Source: Ptychomitrium polyphyllum (lineage: Eukaryota). Taken from it: a DNA stretch of 64,000 nucleotides. The notes beneath the pieces were generated by a model. The model saw only the letters and a program-made list of their open reading frames with translations, was not told the DNA's origin and searched no databases. The translations under genes and the position numbers were made by a program. Positions 37,844 to 49,633 of the stretch are shown here, piece after piece; the stretch's first letter is position 1; each line of letters begins with the position of its first letter. Location: the NCBI GenBank assembly GCA_973851085.1, contig OZ316775.1, positions 6,572,001 to 6,636,000 on the forward strand. Reading direction: 5' to 3'.

Positions 37844-40652
37844 TCAGCGGCACTGATGACGCATTTCGCTGTGAGAGAACGAAGGCTGGCGCCCTGCGAC
37901 GACGTTCCCGCCACTAATAGTGCCAGCGGAGAACAAAAAGGAGTCGATAGCCATGTCAGCCCAGCCCTCAGAAGCGTGCAGGCGGCGCAGGACGTCGACC
38001 ATGTTGGGCCGTGCGCCGGGATCATCCGCCATGCACTGCATGGCGATGTGCGCCAGGCCAGCGGCGCCCGCCAGGGAGAAGCTGGAGCCCAGTTTGGGAT
38101 CCATGAACTCGCGCACCTTGCCGAGCTCCAGCAACGGCTGGACCCATGTCACGGTGCTTAACGGAGTGCGTGTTGCGGGCGTGAAGACGACGGGGCGGTG
38201 GCCTGTGAGCAGCTCCAGCACCAGGGCGCCGAAGGCGTAGATGTCTGAGTCTTCGGTGACGAGCCCCGTGTACGCGTATTCCGGGGCCAGGTAGCCGAGA
38301 GCCGCGAGTGTCTTGTGCGTGGCGTACATGACCTCTTCGGCCATTATGTCGGACAGGCCGTAGTCTGCGAGGAGCGCGTTGCCCTGCTTGTCCAGGAGGA
38401 TATTGCCTGCCCATAGGTTCTGGTGGACCATCGTCAGGGGCTCTGTAAGGCCTTCGTGCAAGTGCGCTAAGCCTGCAGGGAGGGGAGAGACGGGTGTCAG
38501 TTGGAAAGGATTTTTGAGGTTTTAGAGTTAGAGCTAGGATTTAAGAAAATGGTTTTTTTTTAAAATTTAAATTTTTTTTTTTTTCTTTGATGGTGAGAAT
38601 CGGTTACCTTTGGCGATGCCGCGGATGATGTTGACGCGCTGTCTCCAGTTCATGGAAACCTCGCTTCGGCCATGGAGGTGGTGCTCGAGGGATCCATCTG
38701 GGACGAATGAGTAGACAAGGAAGCATTCGGAGCCTCCTTTGCAGCAGCAGAATCCCAGGAACTTGACTAGATTTTCGTGCTTGACTTGCATCAGAGCTTC
38801 GATCGCCATCTGAAAGTCTTGCTCTCCGAGTGTGAATCTCGTGTTGTATATGGCCTTCACAGCGACCGCAGTGCCGTCTCGGAGCGTTCCTTTGTACACA
38901 GCCGTGTATGAGTTTTTCCGCAGCAGATTCTTCTCGGAGAAGTAGTTCGTGGCGGTTTCGAGCTCGCCCAAGTGGATATAGGAGCTCCATTCTGCAGGGC
39001 TGGGGAGTCCTCGGCAGGCAATTGTGGATGTGCTTCGATCTGACATAACCCGGGATCTTCCTAAGATTGAGAAGTCCGGTGTGCTGCCATGAAACGAGCC
39101 ATGGAGAGATTTTCCACTTCCAGAAATGCTCTCTGCTTTCTCAGATCCCACTTTGTTTTCAGGTTTTACCACCGATTTTATGTCAGAGCTTGACTCAAAT
39201 GCTAGTTGTCTCAGCTTTGCATTCCGGCGTCTCAAACAAATGAAAACGAGAATGAGGAAGAGGCTTCCTCCGATCGCGAAAACAATGGCAGTTGTAATGC
39301 TCATAATTGACTTGATCGTTTGTGAGGATTCTGTGGGTGAGGACGTTGGCGACAGTAACGGGCTTGAGATTGCAGATGAGCATGCTGACATGTTAGCGCC
39401 CGTGCCACAGAGCCCGGTGTTGTTGCCGTATCTGAAGCCTTGTTTCAGAGTAAACCATCCTGTGATGACATTTGGGCATGTAAGTTAATCTTGCAACTTG
39501 AGAACGACGACCTTGACATAGCGGCCTATTATCAGATAGCAACAATATTGAATAAATCGTCAGATAATGCAGATTCAACTCTTTGGTACATTGCTGAAGG
39601 CGAGGTTATCTCTGTTTACCTGCTGGAACGGGACCTGAGAGGAAATTTTTAGATACGTCGACGAAGACGAGGTTGGACAGATTGGCCATGGACTCTGGAA
39701 TAGTGCCTGTCAATAAGTTATTGCTCACATCGAGTCTCGTTAACATGGTCATGTTGCCAAGTGAGGCTGACATCGTGCCATTGAGGTTGTTGGCGTTGAC
39801 GCTCAAAGTTTCAAGGTTTGAAAGGGCACTCAGCTCTGCCGGTAACTCTCCTTCCAACTTGTTGCAGCCAAGCTCCAGAGCTGAATCAATAAGTTAAAGC
39901 AGGGTACATATATCGATCAACACTTTCGACATAAATTACAATCACGTTCAATCATTTGTAATGTTGCCACATTATTCTGACCCTGTTAGACTGGGAGCAA
40001 GGAATGATCATCGACTTCAAACACATGAAGTGTGAGTTGAAGAGGAAATAACAGCAGTACTTATTGAAGGTTTGCAATCTACCTTGTAAGCTTTGCAACT
40101 GACCCAGCTGAGGAGGAATGGTGCCAGACAACTGGTTCCAATTAAGATACAAATCTGTGAGGCCCGTCAAGGTGGAAAGCGAGGGAGGAATGCCGCCACG
40201 CAGCTCATTGAAATGCAAGAAGATGCCGGTGAGCGCTGAAAGCTCAGCCAAGGCATCTGGTATGAATCCTGTCAACGATCGCCCTTGCAATGAAATATTC
40301 GTCACTCTTCCAACTAATTCCCGAAATAGCCAACATCCACAAAACATCCGATATGTTAAATTCACAATGATAACCAGAAAACTTCATCAACATCACAATT
40401 TCAACAATAGCTTTGTCCTTCAAACATATTCAAAATGTAAAGGGTAGCGAGGCTGTTAGTACCTATATCGCAGTGCACTCCCTCGAAAGAGTTAGAGCAA
40501 GGTTGTCCTCCTACTTGCCAGGACATGAGCACCATACCCTGCGGGTCGAGAGCATTCTTCACATCCAGCAGCACTTCCACTTCCAGTCTTGCAGTGACTG
40601 GCCATGTGACTAACAGAAGTAGAAGCGGCACAAGACTATGTCTCAGCTCCAT
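37844..40652 (-). CDS. LRR receptor-like kinase, LRR-IV type (At2g45340/At4g22730/At5g51560-like), predicted catalytically atypical; 720 aa
   Basis: Exons 40652-40463, 40313-40083, 39880-39620, 39459-38608 and 38472-37844; all introns GT-AG and phase-consistent; 2163 nt. Signal peptide, LRRNT (SW...PC...FEGVHC, GRVTNISLQG), LRRs, NNTGLCG, TM helix (IVFAIGGSLFLILVFICL-RRR), kinase domain with VAVK, HQNLWAGNILLD, DYG and GYLAPEY. Confidence 0.93.
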
Positions 40653-43437
40653 TGAAGCAAAATTCTACCAAGACCACTAGCGAATCCGCCGTGACACAAA
40701 ATTTTTATCTGTATTGCATTGTCATACGTTTCATAATGTAACACAGGCGCCAATCATGGTCTTGTCTGCTTCAGTTTTGCTTGGCACTTATGTTACAAGG
40801 CAACACCCACAAAAATGTTTCTCTCTCAAATAAGCCTTCATGTGAGCAGCAACCGAAAATTTGACAACATAGCTAATCTGCTTCCTGACGAGGCTGGGGC
40901 CTGGGCGTCTGGGAGGGGCGAGCAGACTGGTGCTCTTGACGAGTCGTTGCATCTTCATTAACACGAAGCCTATCCGGAAGGAGATCCAAAAAACTAAACC
41001 AGCTTCTTCAGTTCCAAGTCTCGAGTTATCTGATGTGCCGATGTCTTGCCCTGTTTCTGATCACCCAGTACGATTGCTGCAATAATCTAACGTGGTATTA
41101 GTAAGTTTTAGAAACCAATCTTAAGCTGCTATGGAAATGGAGGAAGTCTGCCACTCATATGGGTACTTTCAAGATTGATTCAGGACAGAGCAAGCAAGCG
41201 GCCAGTTCAAGAATCTATAAGGATTGCCAGTGCGCTGCTGATGAGTTCAGCAGGATCTAATTGCGCACTACAATAAGGACAGATGAATCTTACCCCTGAA
41301 CTAGAAAAACTAATCTTTCTCCACCTTCCAGGATAGGTAGGATGCCCCCTGGATTCTTCTGGTTCTTCTAGTCTATCAATTCAACGAGTTTGAAGATAGG
41401 TTTCTCTCCGCGCAACTGCTTGTGGGTGACCCAAAATACCGAAAGAGATATGGCAAAGCCTTCAAAAGGAAAAATTAAAATGCAATGACGAAGCAGACAG
41501 AGATGGCCACCGATAGGCCAACGTCGAAACGGTGGCATGCGCATGCTGAAACCTGATTATTGCAGGTTTTTCTAAGGAGTTTGGCACAGTAAAGCAACCA
41601 TTCAATTGAAATTGTGTGGCGTTACCCAGTAAGAGCAGTAACGAATGCTATGGACGTTACCTCATTAATTGTGAGCCGATCACTAACGAGTCAATCTTCA
41701 GCTGTTGAGCCAGGTGAAAGCTCAAGTTGAGAGGAGCGGAAACCTAGTGCTTGCGAATGGGTGCAGTTTATGAATACACTGTGCTTCTGCTGTAGACACC
41801 GAGTGTTCCGTGATCATTTGCAATCAGTACAGGCATAGTATAGCGGTGAAGGAACGCGTCAAAACATGATCGAGAGACTCAGCTGTATGATGGAGAAGGA
41901 GTCGCCCTGCGAGTGTATATTCTGCAAATGATACCAGTTGCTGTTTTGGAGTCTGAATGCCATGCATCTTTTGTGCCAGTGATATTGCGCTTTAGTGTGG
42001 CCCAGACCTTATCCTCGTAGTCCTCCCCGCAAAGTTTTGGACTTTCTTTGCCACTGGCATGATCTTGAATACCATTCACCCCTTCAGGTTCACCAATGAA
42101 GACACCCAATAAACAATATTATTGAAATCAACTTGTGATGCACATTCCTGTGCATTCTTGCATTTTGTCCTTTCAATTCTATCATACATGCAGGTTTGTT
42201 TTGAAAAGAAGTTGACTCCAAGTATGGATTGCAATGTTGTTTTTCATGCAGGTCTACTAAGGGACTAGAGTTATCCCAAAATTATTAATTCACACAAGCC
42301 AGCAAATGGGACTCCATTGCAGTACATTATTGTTGTATAGCATGGTCCAAAATTTTCAAAAACATCTCAGTGAATATAGGCATGGTTGAAGGAAGCATGA
42401 TTGATGTGGGTCCTGAAAATTGGAGCCTTTTGAGAATAATGACACCTTATAATTCAATTTGTACCCCAAATCCCATACACAAAGTGTGGGGTCTCAAGCT
42501 TTTTGTTTGCACACTGCTCCAGCCAGCCATGGTCCACTAAACAAGACCCTTGCTATAGATTTGTGAAATAAGTTATTCAGTGATCTACCACTGAATATAT
42601 ACAATTCACGCGCCTCTTGTAGTAAAATCCATCATCTCTAGATACTATATGCAACAGTTACATTTTTGAGTGACTGCTTAGTACTTAGGGTAACTCATAA
42701 CAGTACTCTACTTGCATATGAATTCCAGTTGCGTCAATGTGCATCACTTGATGGCTCAGCACACTTGAAGGGAACATATGCAGGACCAAGACATGATTAC
42801 AGATTTTTATTGTGGTCAAGTTCATGTCTAAACACAAATATCATAAATGTTGAACAAGCAGGAGTTCAGTCATGTACACTACAATACATTGCAGTACCAT
42901 TATGCACTCTGGTATTCCTAGGCTATCAAGTGTATTTGAATCATGTACTTCTAACCTCAACCAGGCTCCTGAAAGATTACTTTCAGTAGGCTGTCATGTA
43001 TGTGCTTGCACTTTATTAGTTGCAAGTGCAAAATTTGTTAGTGCTCTTAGGGGCAATGGAGCATTACCTAAGACATAACAGCTACCCCAAGCTTTGCCTT
43101 CTCATAGATAATGGGATCAAATATGGCTGATGTTTGTCTTTTCCTTTTATTTTCCATGCTGCTTAGACTACATTCCCAGTTCTGCAGTGTCTCTTCAGGA
43201 GAATTTCTCCTGAAAGGAGCAAGTTTTAGAGTCAATCCAGTCACTATTGTCATTCACCTATGTCGCAAGTAATGACATAAAGTAATGACTTAAAAAATAG
43301 CAAGTTTATGAAATAAGTTATGTATGATTTAAGTTCTTAGTGATTGGATAACATATTAGGAAATTGGCACCTATCCCAATATGAGAAAAACCACCTCTGT
43401 ACCCATCAGAGTACACAAGAGATAGGGAATTGAGCTC

Positions 43438-43497
43438 AGTTGCAAACTATTATCATGGCAAAGTTGCAAATTATTATCATGGCAAAGTTGCAAATTA
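43438..43497. repeat. 24-bp tandem repeat, 2.5 copies
   Basis: agttgcaaa(c/t)tattatcatggcaa repeated. Confidence 0.9.
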
Positions 43498-46400
43498 ATG
43501 GGTACAAAGATACCACTACAGTAGCAATAAAGTATGAGGATTTATGCTAAAAAATCTATTAGAAAGTGAGGGTCTAAGATAGGATTCAACCTAAAAGATG
43601 ATATTATTGTGAAGTCACAATGCTTGAAGTCTTAAGAAAATTATTTATAAGCTAACTCGTATGATTAAAGTGGGATTTAGAGATTTTACATTTGTATTAT
43701 TTTCATAGCATAAAGGCTTTTTATGCTTAATATTTAAAGTGGTGAATAAAATCCAAAAGTCTTGTTGAGATTCTTTGTTATATTAGGCCTTTAGAAGTAG
43801 TATATTTAATACTTAATCAATGAAATAGTTATGATTTGAAATATGTAAAAATTTTGAAATTAAAGTTTTGTTTGGAATACTTATCTGAGAAGTTTTTTAT
43901 AAAGCATAAATTTCTTCTTCAAAAGAACTAAAGTTATTCCTAGCTTTAATAAAAGAAAATGTCTTAAATAGACTTACAATGGAAATTTTTAGGAAAAGAA
44001 CAAGACCATCAACAAAACTACCATCTATGTGTCTAAAATATTTGCTAGAAATTAAAATATTCTTAGATTGTTTAAAAATCACCTTATATTACTAATAATA
44101 AAAAAAATTACATCTAATGTATGTTATTTTATTTCTTTAATTTTTAATTTTTAAACTACATCAAAAAATTATAACCATATATTTTTTGCCCATTCTTTTG
44201 TAATCTTTTATTGGTGATTTCTTAATAATTTTCATTGCATTAATATTAGAATTTCATATTTATTTGAAGAAATTTCAAATTAAATGAAAGCCTTTGCCAT
44301 GTTTGAAATTAAAAAAATTTCAAACTTAAATTTGTATTTTAATATATAACACCTATAAAATTAGTTTCAATAAATTTAAAAAAGTGTTGTTTATATGTAT
44401 GGAAATCTTAAAAGGAAAAAATACAAGATTTACTTCAAACAAAAAATAAAAATTTATGTATTTTTTGATTCACTATAGCATTTATTGAAAATCCAAAATA
44501 TATCTATATATCATGTAAGATGATGTAAGAGTGCTTTAAAGACAACCTTAGAAACATTCTTAATTTATAAAATATACCACAATTGTTCATATAACTTACA
44601 AAACAATCTATATATTTCATGATCTCTAATAAGTATTCTTTTAAAAATACATGGTGTTTAAATATAAGACTATGTGCCTTTACCAAGCTATGGAATTAAG
44701 TTTGTAACCAATGTGATCTTTAAATACAAAATTTAAATTCTAGAATTTTATGTTCGTGATTTGAATATGTATTTTTCTAAGAATTCTTAATTTTGTTGAT
44801 AATAAATGTATATTTTTTATGAAATTAAATAAGTAAATAAATAAATGGATAAAAAGTATCTTATATAAACATATAAACATATGAATATAATATTATATTT
44901 CATATAAAATTTAAACTACTTTACATTAAGTTATAAAAATAAGAATTATATTATTTATAAAACTCATATTGTTTATTTATATTATTTATAAATGATATAA
45001 TATAATATAGAAAATATGAGTTTTTTTTATTTACTTTTAAATTCAATGAAATTTTATATTTTTTAAGTTTATCTTAAAAAAATCTAGATAGTGTTATGTA
45101 AAACATAGGTTTTTGTTGTAAAAGAAAATAAACATATAACATTACAAATGGATTTTTTCCAATCATACTTTCATGGATATAACTTTATTTGGCACTTAAC
45201 CAAATTTCCATGTCCATATCATTCATTTAATATCATGCCTATATCATTTACTTGATATTATGCCTATATCAAATATGAATTAGTTTACTGTGGTATGTGA
45301 CTGGATTATAAAGAGAAAGAATTTTTCATCAAACCACTTAATTTACTTAGTTAAAATTTTAATTTAAGACTATAATTGAAAAATGAAATTTTTTGAAATA
45401 AATTCTAAAGAATTGTACTTTCTATTGTTCTATGGCCATGATTTATCAAATCTGAATTTTATATTTTAAGGATTCCATTTTTGACAAAATTTGATCCACA
45501 AGCTGAAATCCATATTGCCCAACTTCAACAAATGATTTGAAAAATTTATGAAAAGAATTATGTTTATGTCAATTGAATGACGTTTCATCTAAAGTTACAC
45601 CATGAAATAAAACATTGAAAGTTAAGACTTTCCAAAATTCTTTTAATGAAAAACACTGTTAGTGCATTATGGTATACCTCTCAGAGGTCTGCCAAGGTCC
45701 CATTCCAAATGTACAGTATTTGAGCAGTCACCTCCTATCGAATATGGGGTTCATGATTTACAAAGAGATTTTGGCCTGGCAAACCTATCAACCATACATC
45801 ACTTTGAGCTTGGACAAGATGGCTTGGAAGGACATATACTTAATGAATCTTTGTGCCTTGTTGATGGAGGCATCACAATCACTTTGTAAACACAAATGCA
45901 CTAGTACCTTCTAAAATTGAATTGGAAGTATTTGCAAAGGCAAGGGATTGGTGTGACTCATTGAAACATTGAGTAATTGAGATAAGAGCCTGAGGTAACA
46001 AAAGAATGCTTTCTGAGTAACTTCCAAATTTAAAGCTTTCCACCTGGTGCCTGATGCTGAAGACATTATTGCAGTCGTCAAAATCAAGTCTTCGAAATCA
46101 TTGCAGGTTTGCAAGAACACAAACCTGTCTGTAGTCCCAGAAATCTTCCTCTGCATTGCTATATCATGACTCCCCCTAACTTTGTAAAGAGTTAGAGCCA
46201 ACAAAACGCCAAATGAAAGCTTTGGAAAATAATCTCATTTGGGACAACACCTCAAGACTGCAAGCAACAAAAGAAAAAAACTTTGCAATCAGAAAAGGCA
46301 CAACCTGATGTCATAAAAACAAATTAAAGCAGCACTGTTGTATTTCCCAATTGACACACCAGGAGTGGCAAGAGTCTAGATCTGCAAACTGGCCAATATG

Positions 46401-47557
46401 AAGTCAACTAATTTTCTGAATTCATGGTTTCAAAATAAGCCATATGGCAGCCCCAAATCCAAGGTCATCAAGGAAATTATCCTTGCACCTACTACCAATG
46501 TCAGTAATTGATGCTAATAATTAGCAAAGCAAAATCTCTAATCTTGTTTTCATGTGATCTCTTAGGAAACCAAGTAAATGTTAGCTACTTCATCATTCAT
46601 ATAGTTGGCTGTGAAAGTTTCATGGAATACAATCTAGCTATCCACCTTTATACTGTTGTGCCTGTTACTACTCATCTTCATTGCTCACAAATTATTGTTG
46701 AATGCTAGCATCTGCTAAGTGCCAATCAATTGAGTGCAAACATTGGCCTTATATCCTCTTTTTGTATAAATGTAGCCATCAGGAAGTACATGAAAAACTT
46801 TAGGCTGCAACCACCACACACCTCACTTATAACAGCAGTGGGACCTTTGAATGAAATAACGTTTACTGGAATTGGATTCTGAAACTTTGAGGAAGCCTTC
46901 AAGAGTGCATTACTTGACTTTATTCTCATCCTGTAAGAAGTTACTGCATGATTTAATCCAAGGCCAAGCCTTTCACCTAGAATAGGATTAGCCCATATTG
47001 AAGGCAAAAATGACAAGCTACCATTTTCTCCAAAATTAATAATGCAATTGAAGCAAGGAGCAACTATTTGTTTGAGGGATAGGCCAGAGGCTCCTCAAAT
47101 TTACAACATAGTGTTATCAAAAACCGTGGTTTTGTTTCAATTGCTTGCGTTCTAAAATTGTCATTACTGTAATGTCTGTATGGGATGGTTCTCCTTGTTG
47201 CTTCTGCCCTGAACCATGATCACAGCATACTCCAGTTGTTCAAACTAAGAGTTGTCTGGACTTTCATGCCAGCACACAACATCCTGTAAGTGTTGTTAAG
47301 CAAGAAAGTTGTGGATGTTGCATGCACAACGGATGTAGTCAATAATTTTTAAAATATTGTTTTTAAGGCTTGGAGGCTGGAGCTACCATAGCCACTTTTG
47401 GCTCCTGGCAATTTGCAACCATACCTTCATGGAAAGACAAGTACTTATAGGAGAAAACGTCAAGCACATCAGAATGGCACCAGAACTCACTTGAGACCGA
47501 ATTTTTTAAGATCACTGTTGTCACCTCCAACTTATTGATGATCACCTTAGTGAATTC

Positions 47558-47995
47558 TATAAATAGTAGCCCAGATACTGCCCCTAAACCACCATCACTT
47601 TAGTCTGGAAGCAGCTCATCAGTACTACGAGTGATTCGGCGTATGACAGCAGGGGTGGAGAATCGAGATCAATACTTGGTTTCTTTGAGGCAAGCAAGCC
47701 AGTCGAATTAAACATCCACAACCAGTCATGATGCCAGCTGGAGCGTGGAAAGAGTACTTGTTCAACGAGCGTACTGCATTGACAGTGACGCCATGTAAAT
47801 GCAGAGCTTTGCAGCTGCTGAATGTGTTCGTCTGCAGGATGCTGGCTTACATTAGCCAACGAAGTCGACACCTTCTTCAACTTGCACAAGAGATTGGAAA
47901 ACGACAACCTCAACAACTTTATTGACAAGCTCGAGGAGGGCGTCCACAAGTTCACCAACCGGGATACTGCCGACGACAAGATATCTAGTGAATAA
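47558..47995 (+). pseudogene. Candidate small two-exon gene or pseudogene not captured in the ORF track
   Basis: CTATAAATAG at 47558; putative 84-nt intron 47754-47837; terminal exon with C/G-ending codon bias reading CWLTLANEVDTFFNLHKRLENDNLNNFIDKLEEGVHKFTNRDTADDKISSE* (stop 47993-47995). The upstream in-frame part has a TGA and no clear ATG. Confidence 0.4.
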
Positions 47996-49633
47996 TAGTT
48001 CAAAATTGCACTGGCCATATTGGGACAAATCTAAGCTGACATCTTGATTCTTCATTGTAAAGCATATAAAGCCGATCTCACTGGCTCGATTCTTGAAATG
48101 AATTGCGATTGGAATTAGAATATCCTTATAATTTCATCGACCAATTATATCAGAGCAACCCGGCATAGATTGTGACGCTCTCTGCAACCTTCGGCAGACA
48201 GTAAAAGCGAGCTCCACAACTCTTGCCTCCATGCAGGTATTCACAACTGTTCAACACAACACCTCCAAAGGGTTGACTGTCACAGTTGTAGATGTGACCT
48301 TACACTCCGTTGATAGGGCGTTCCTTCAAGCTGCCATAGTCAGGCGCATTGGAAGCCAAACGTGGAAACCATCGCCTATTGGGCGCCTCCCCGTCTAAGC
48401 TCATGTACTACATACCCCATCCTAATGGGCCATTGCATTTTAATTTGGAATTTGAATGCATTGGAACCGTAGAAATGTAGCTGATCAGTGACATCCTCTA
48501 TGACGAGATATTCACTGTTGAAGCCAGCACGTCGCGATGTGGTGGCGCAAGAGTGCCAACGCTCGGGCCGCTCTTAGCATCAGTGGTAATGCCGGCACCT
48601 TCCATCGGTGTAAATGTCGAAAGTGAGCAATCAACAGACACGGCGGAGGAGCTCACAGGCGGCAATATTCCGTTTGCAATCAGGACGATCCAATTTCGCT
48701 AGAAAGCTAATGGGACGCTGTACTGCACTGAAGCATTCGGTGGGGGAACAAGCGATCATCCGCAAATTATTAGGCCCTAAGTTGGTGGATCTAGTGACTG
48801 ATTCTGCTTATAATTGGGTTACCTCTTTTCGAATGATGTGTTCGTTAACCCAGAGGACGATTCCTACATTTGTTTGAAATTGTCCTGGAGGACGCAGCGC
48901 TGTACTAAAATATGCACTCTCCAGTCTCGACAGCAACAACTGTTTTGGGAAGCTGCACTCAACTTGTGGATCCTTCTGCAGCTCTAATAAGCAGTGGCTG
49001 AGCTGGAACTGGTGATTCACAACTTGAGCCTGATATCATATCACTTATGCAGGACGCTTCGTCTGGTTGAGGATTTGATCTTTCACGATATCCAATCCAA
49101 AAGTGTAATGAACTGTGAAGATTGATAAGGGAACCTTAGAGGGTGAGCTTCAGAACTGTTTGCAGGGTTTCCGAGTTAGCATACTAATCGAACGACGCTC
49201 AAGTCTTCCAGCTTCGATCGGATTTGGCATTTCTTATTATATAAATGGTTTCTGCTTGATTAGACGTACTTAATAGTTCTTGTGTACCAGCAAGCAACGT
49301 CTTTCACTTCATACTTGAATGAACACCAATGACATCATGTTTTAAACCAGACCTATCTTCAGAGAATTCTTTAGCATGATGAATTCATAAAAATTCCACA
49401 AAATTAACAAAAATGCCCATTTCAGCAAGTTTTACAAGTTATGAGTGAAGACAACCCATGATTCGTTCAGCTACCATATCAGTCGTCAAATGAGAGCTTC
49501 AAAACACAATTTGAGCGGGTCTCAGCACGGTTGGCTATCATGTTTTGAATCCGCATCAATTTCGCAAACATGTGTGGGGTTTTGCGGATTCATGTTCATA
49601 ACTAGACTGTACAAGCTAGTTGAATTGTAGGCC

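Noticed and set aside
37591..39488. Overlapping alternative-frame and antisense ORFs within the LRR-RLK
   Set aside because: Expected by-products of GC-rich coding sequence; no motifs.
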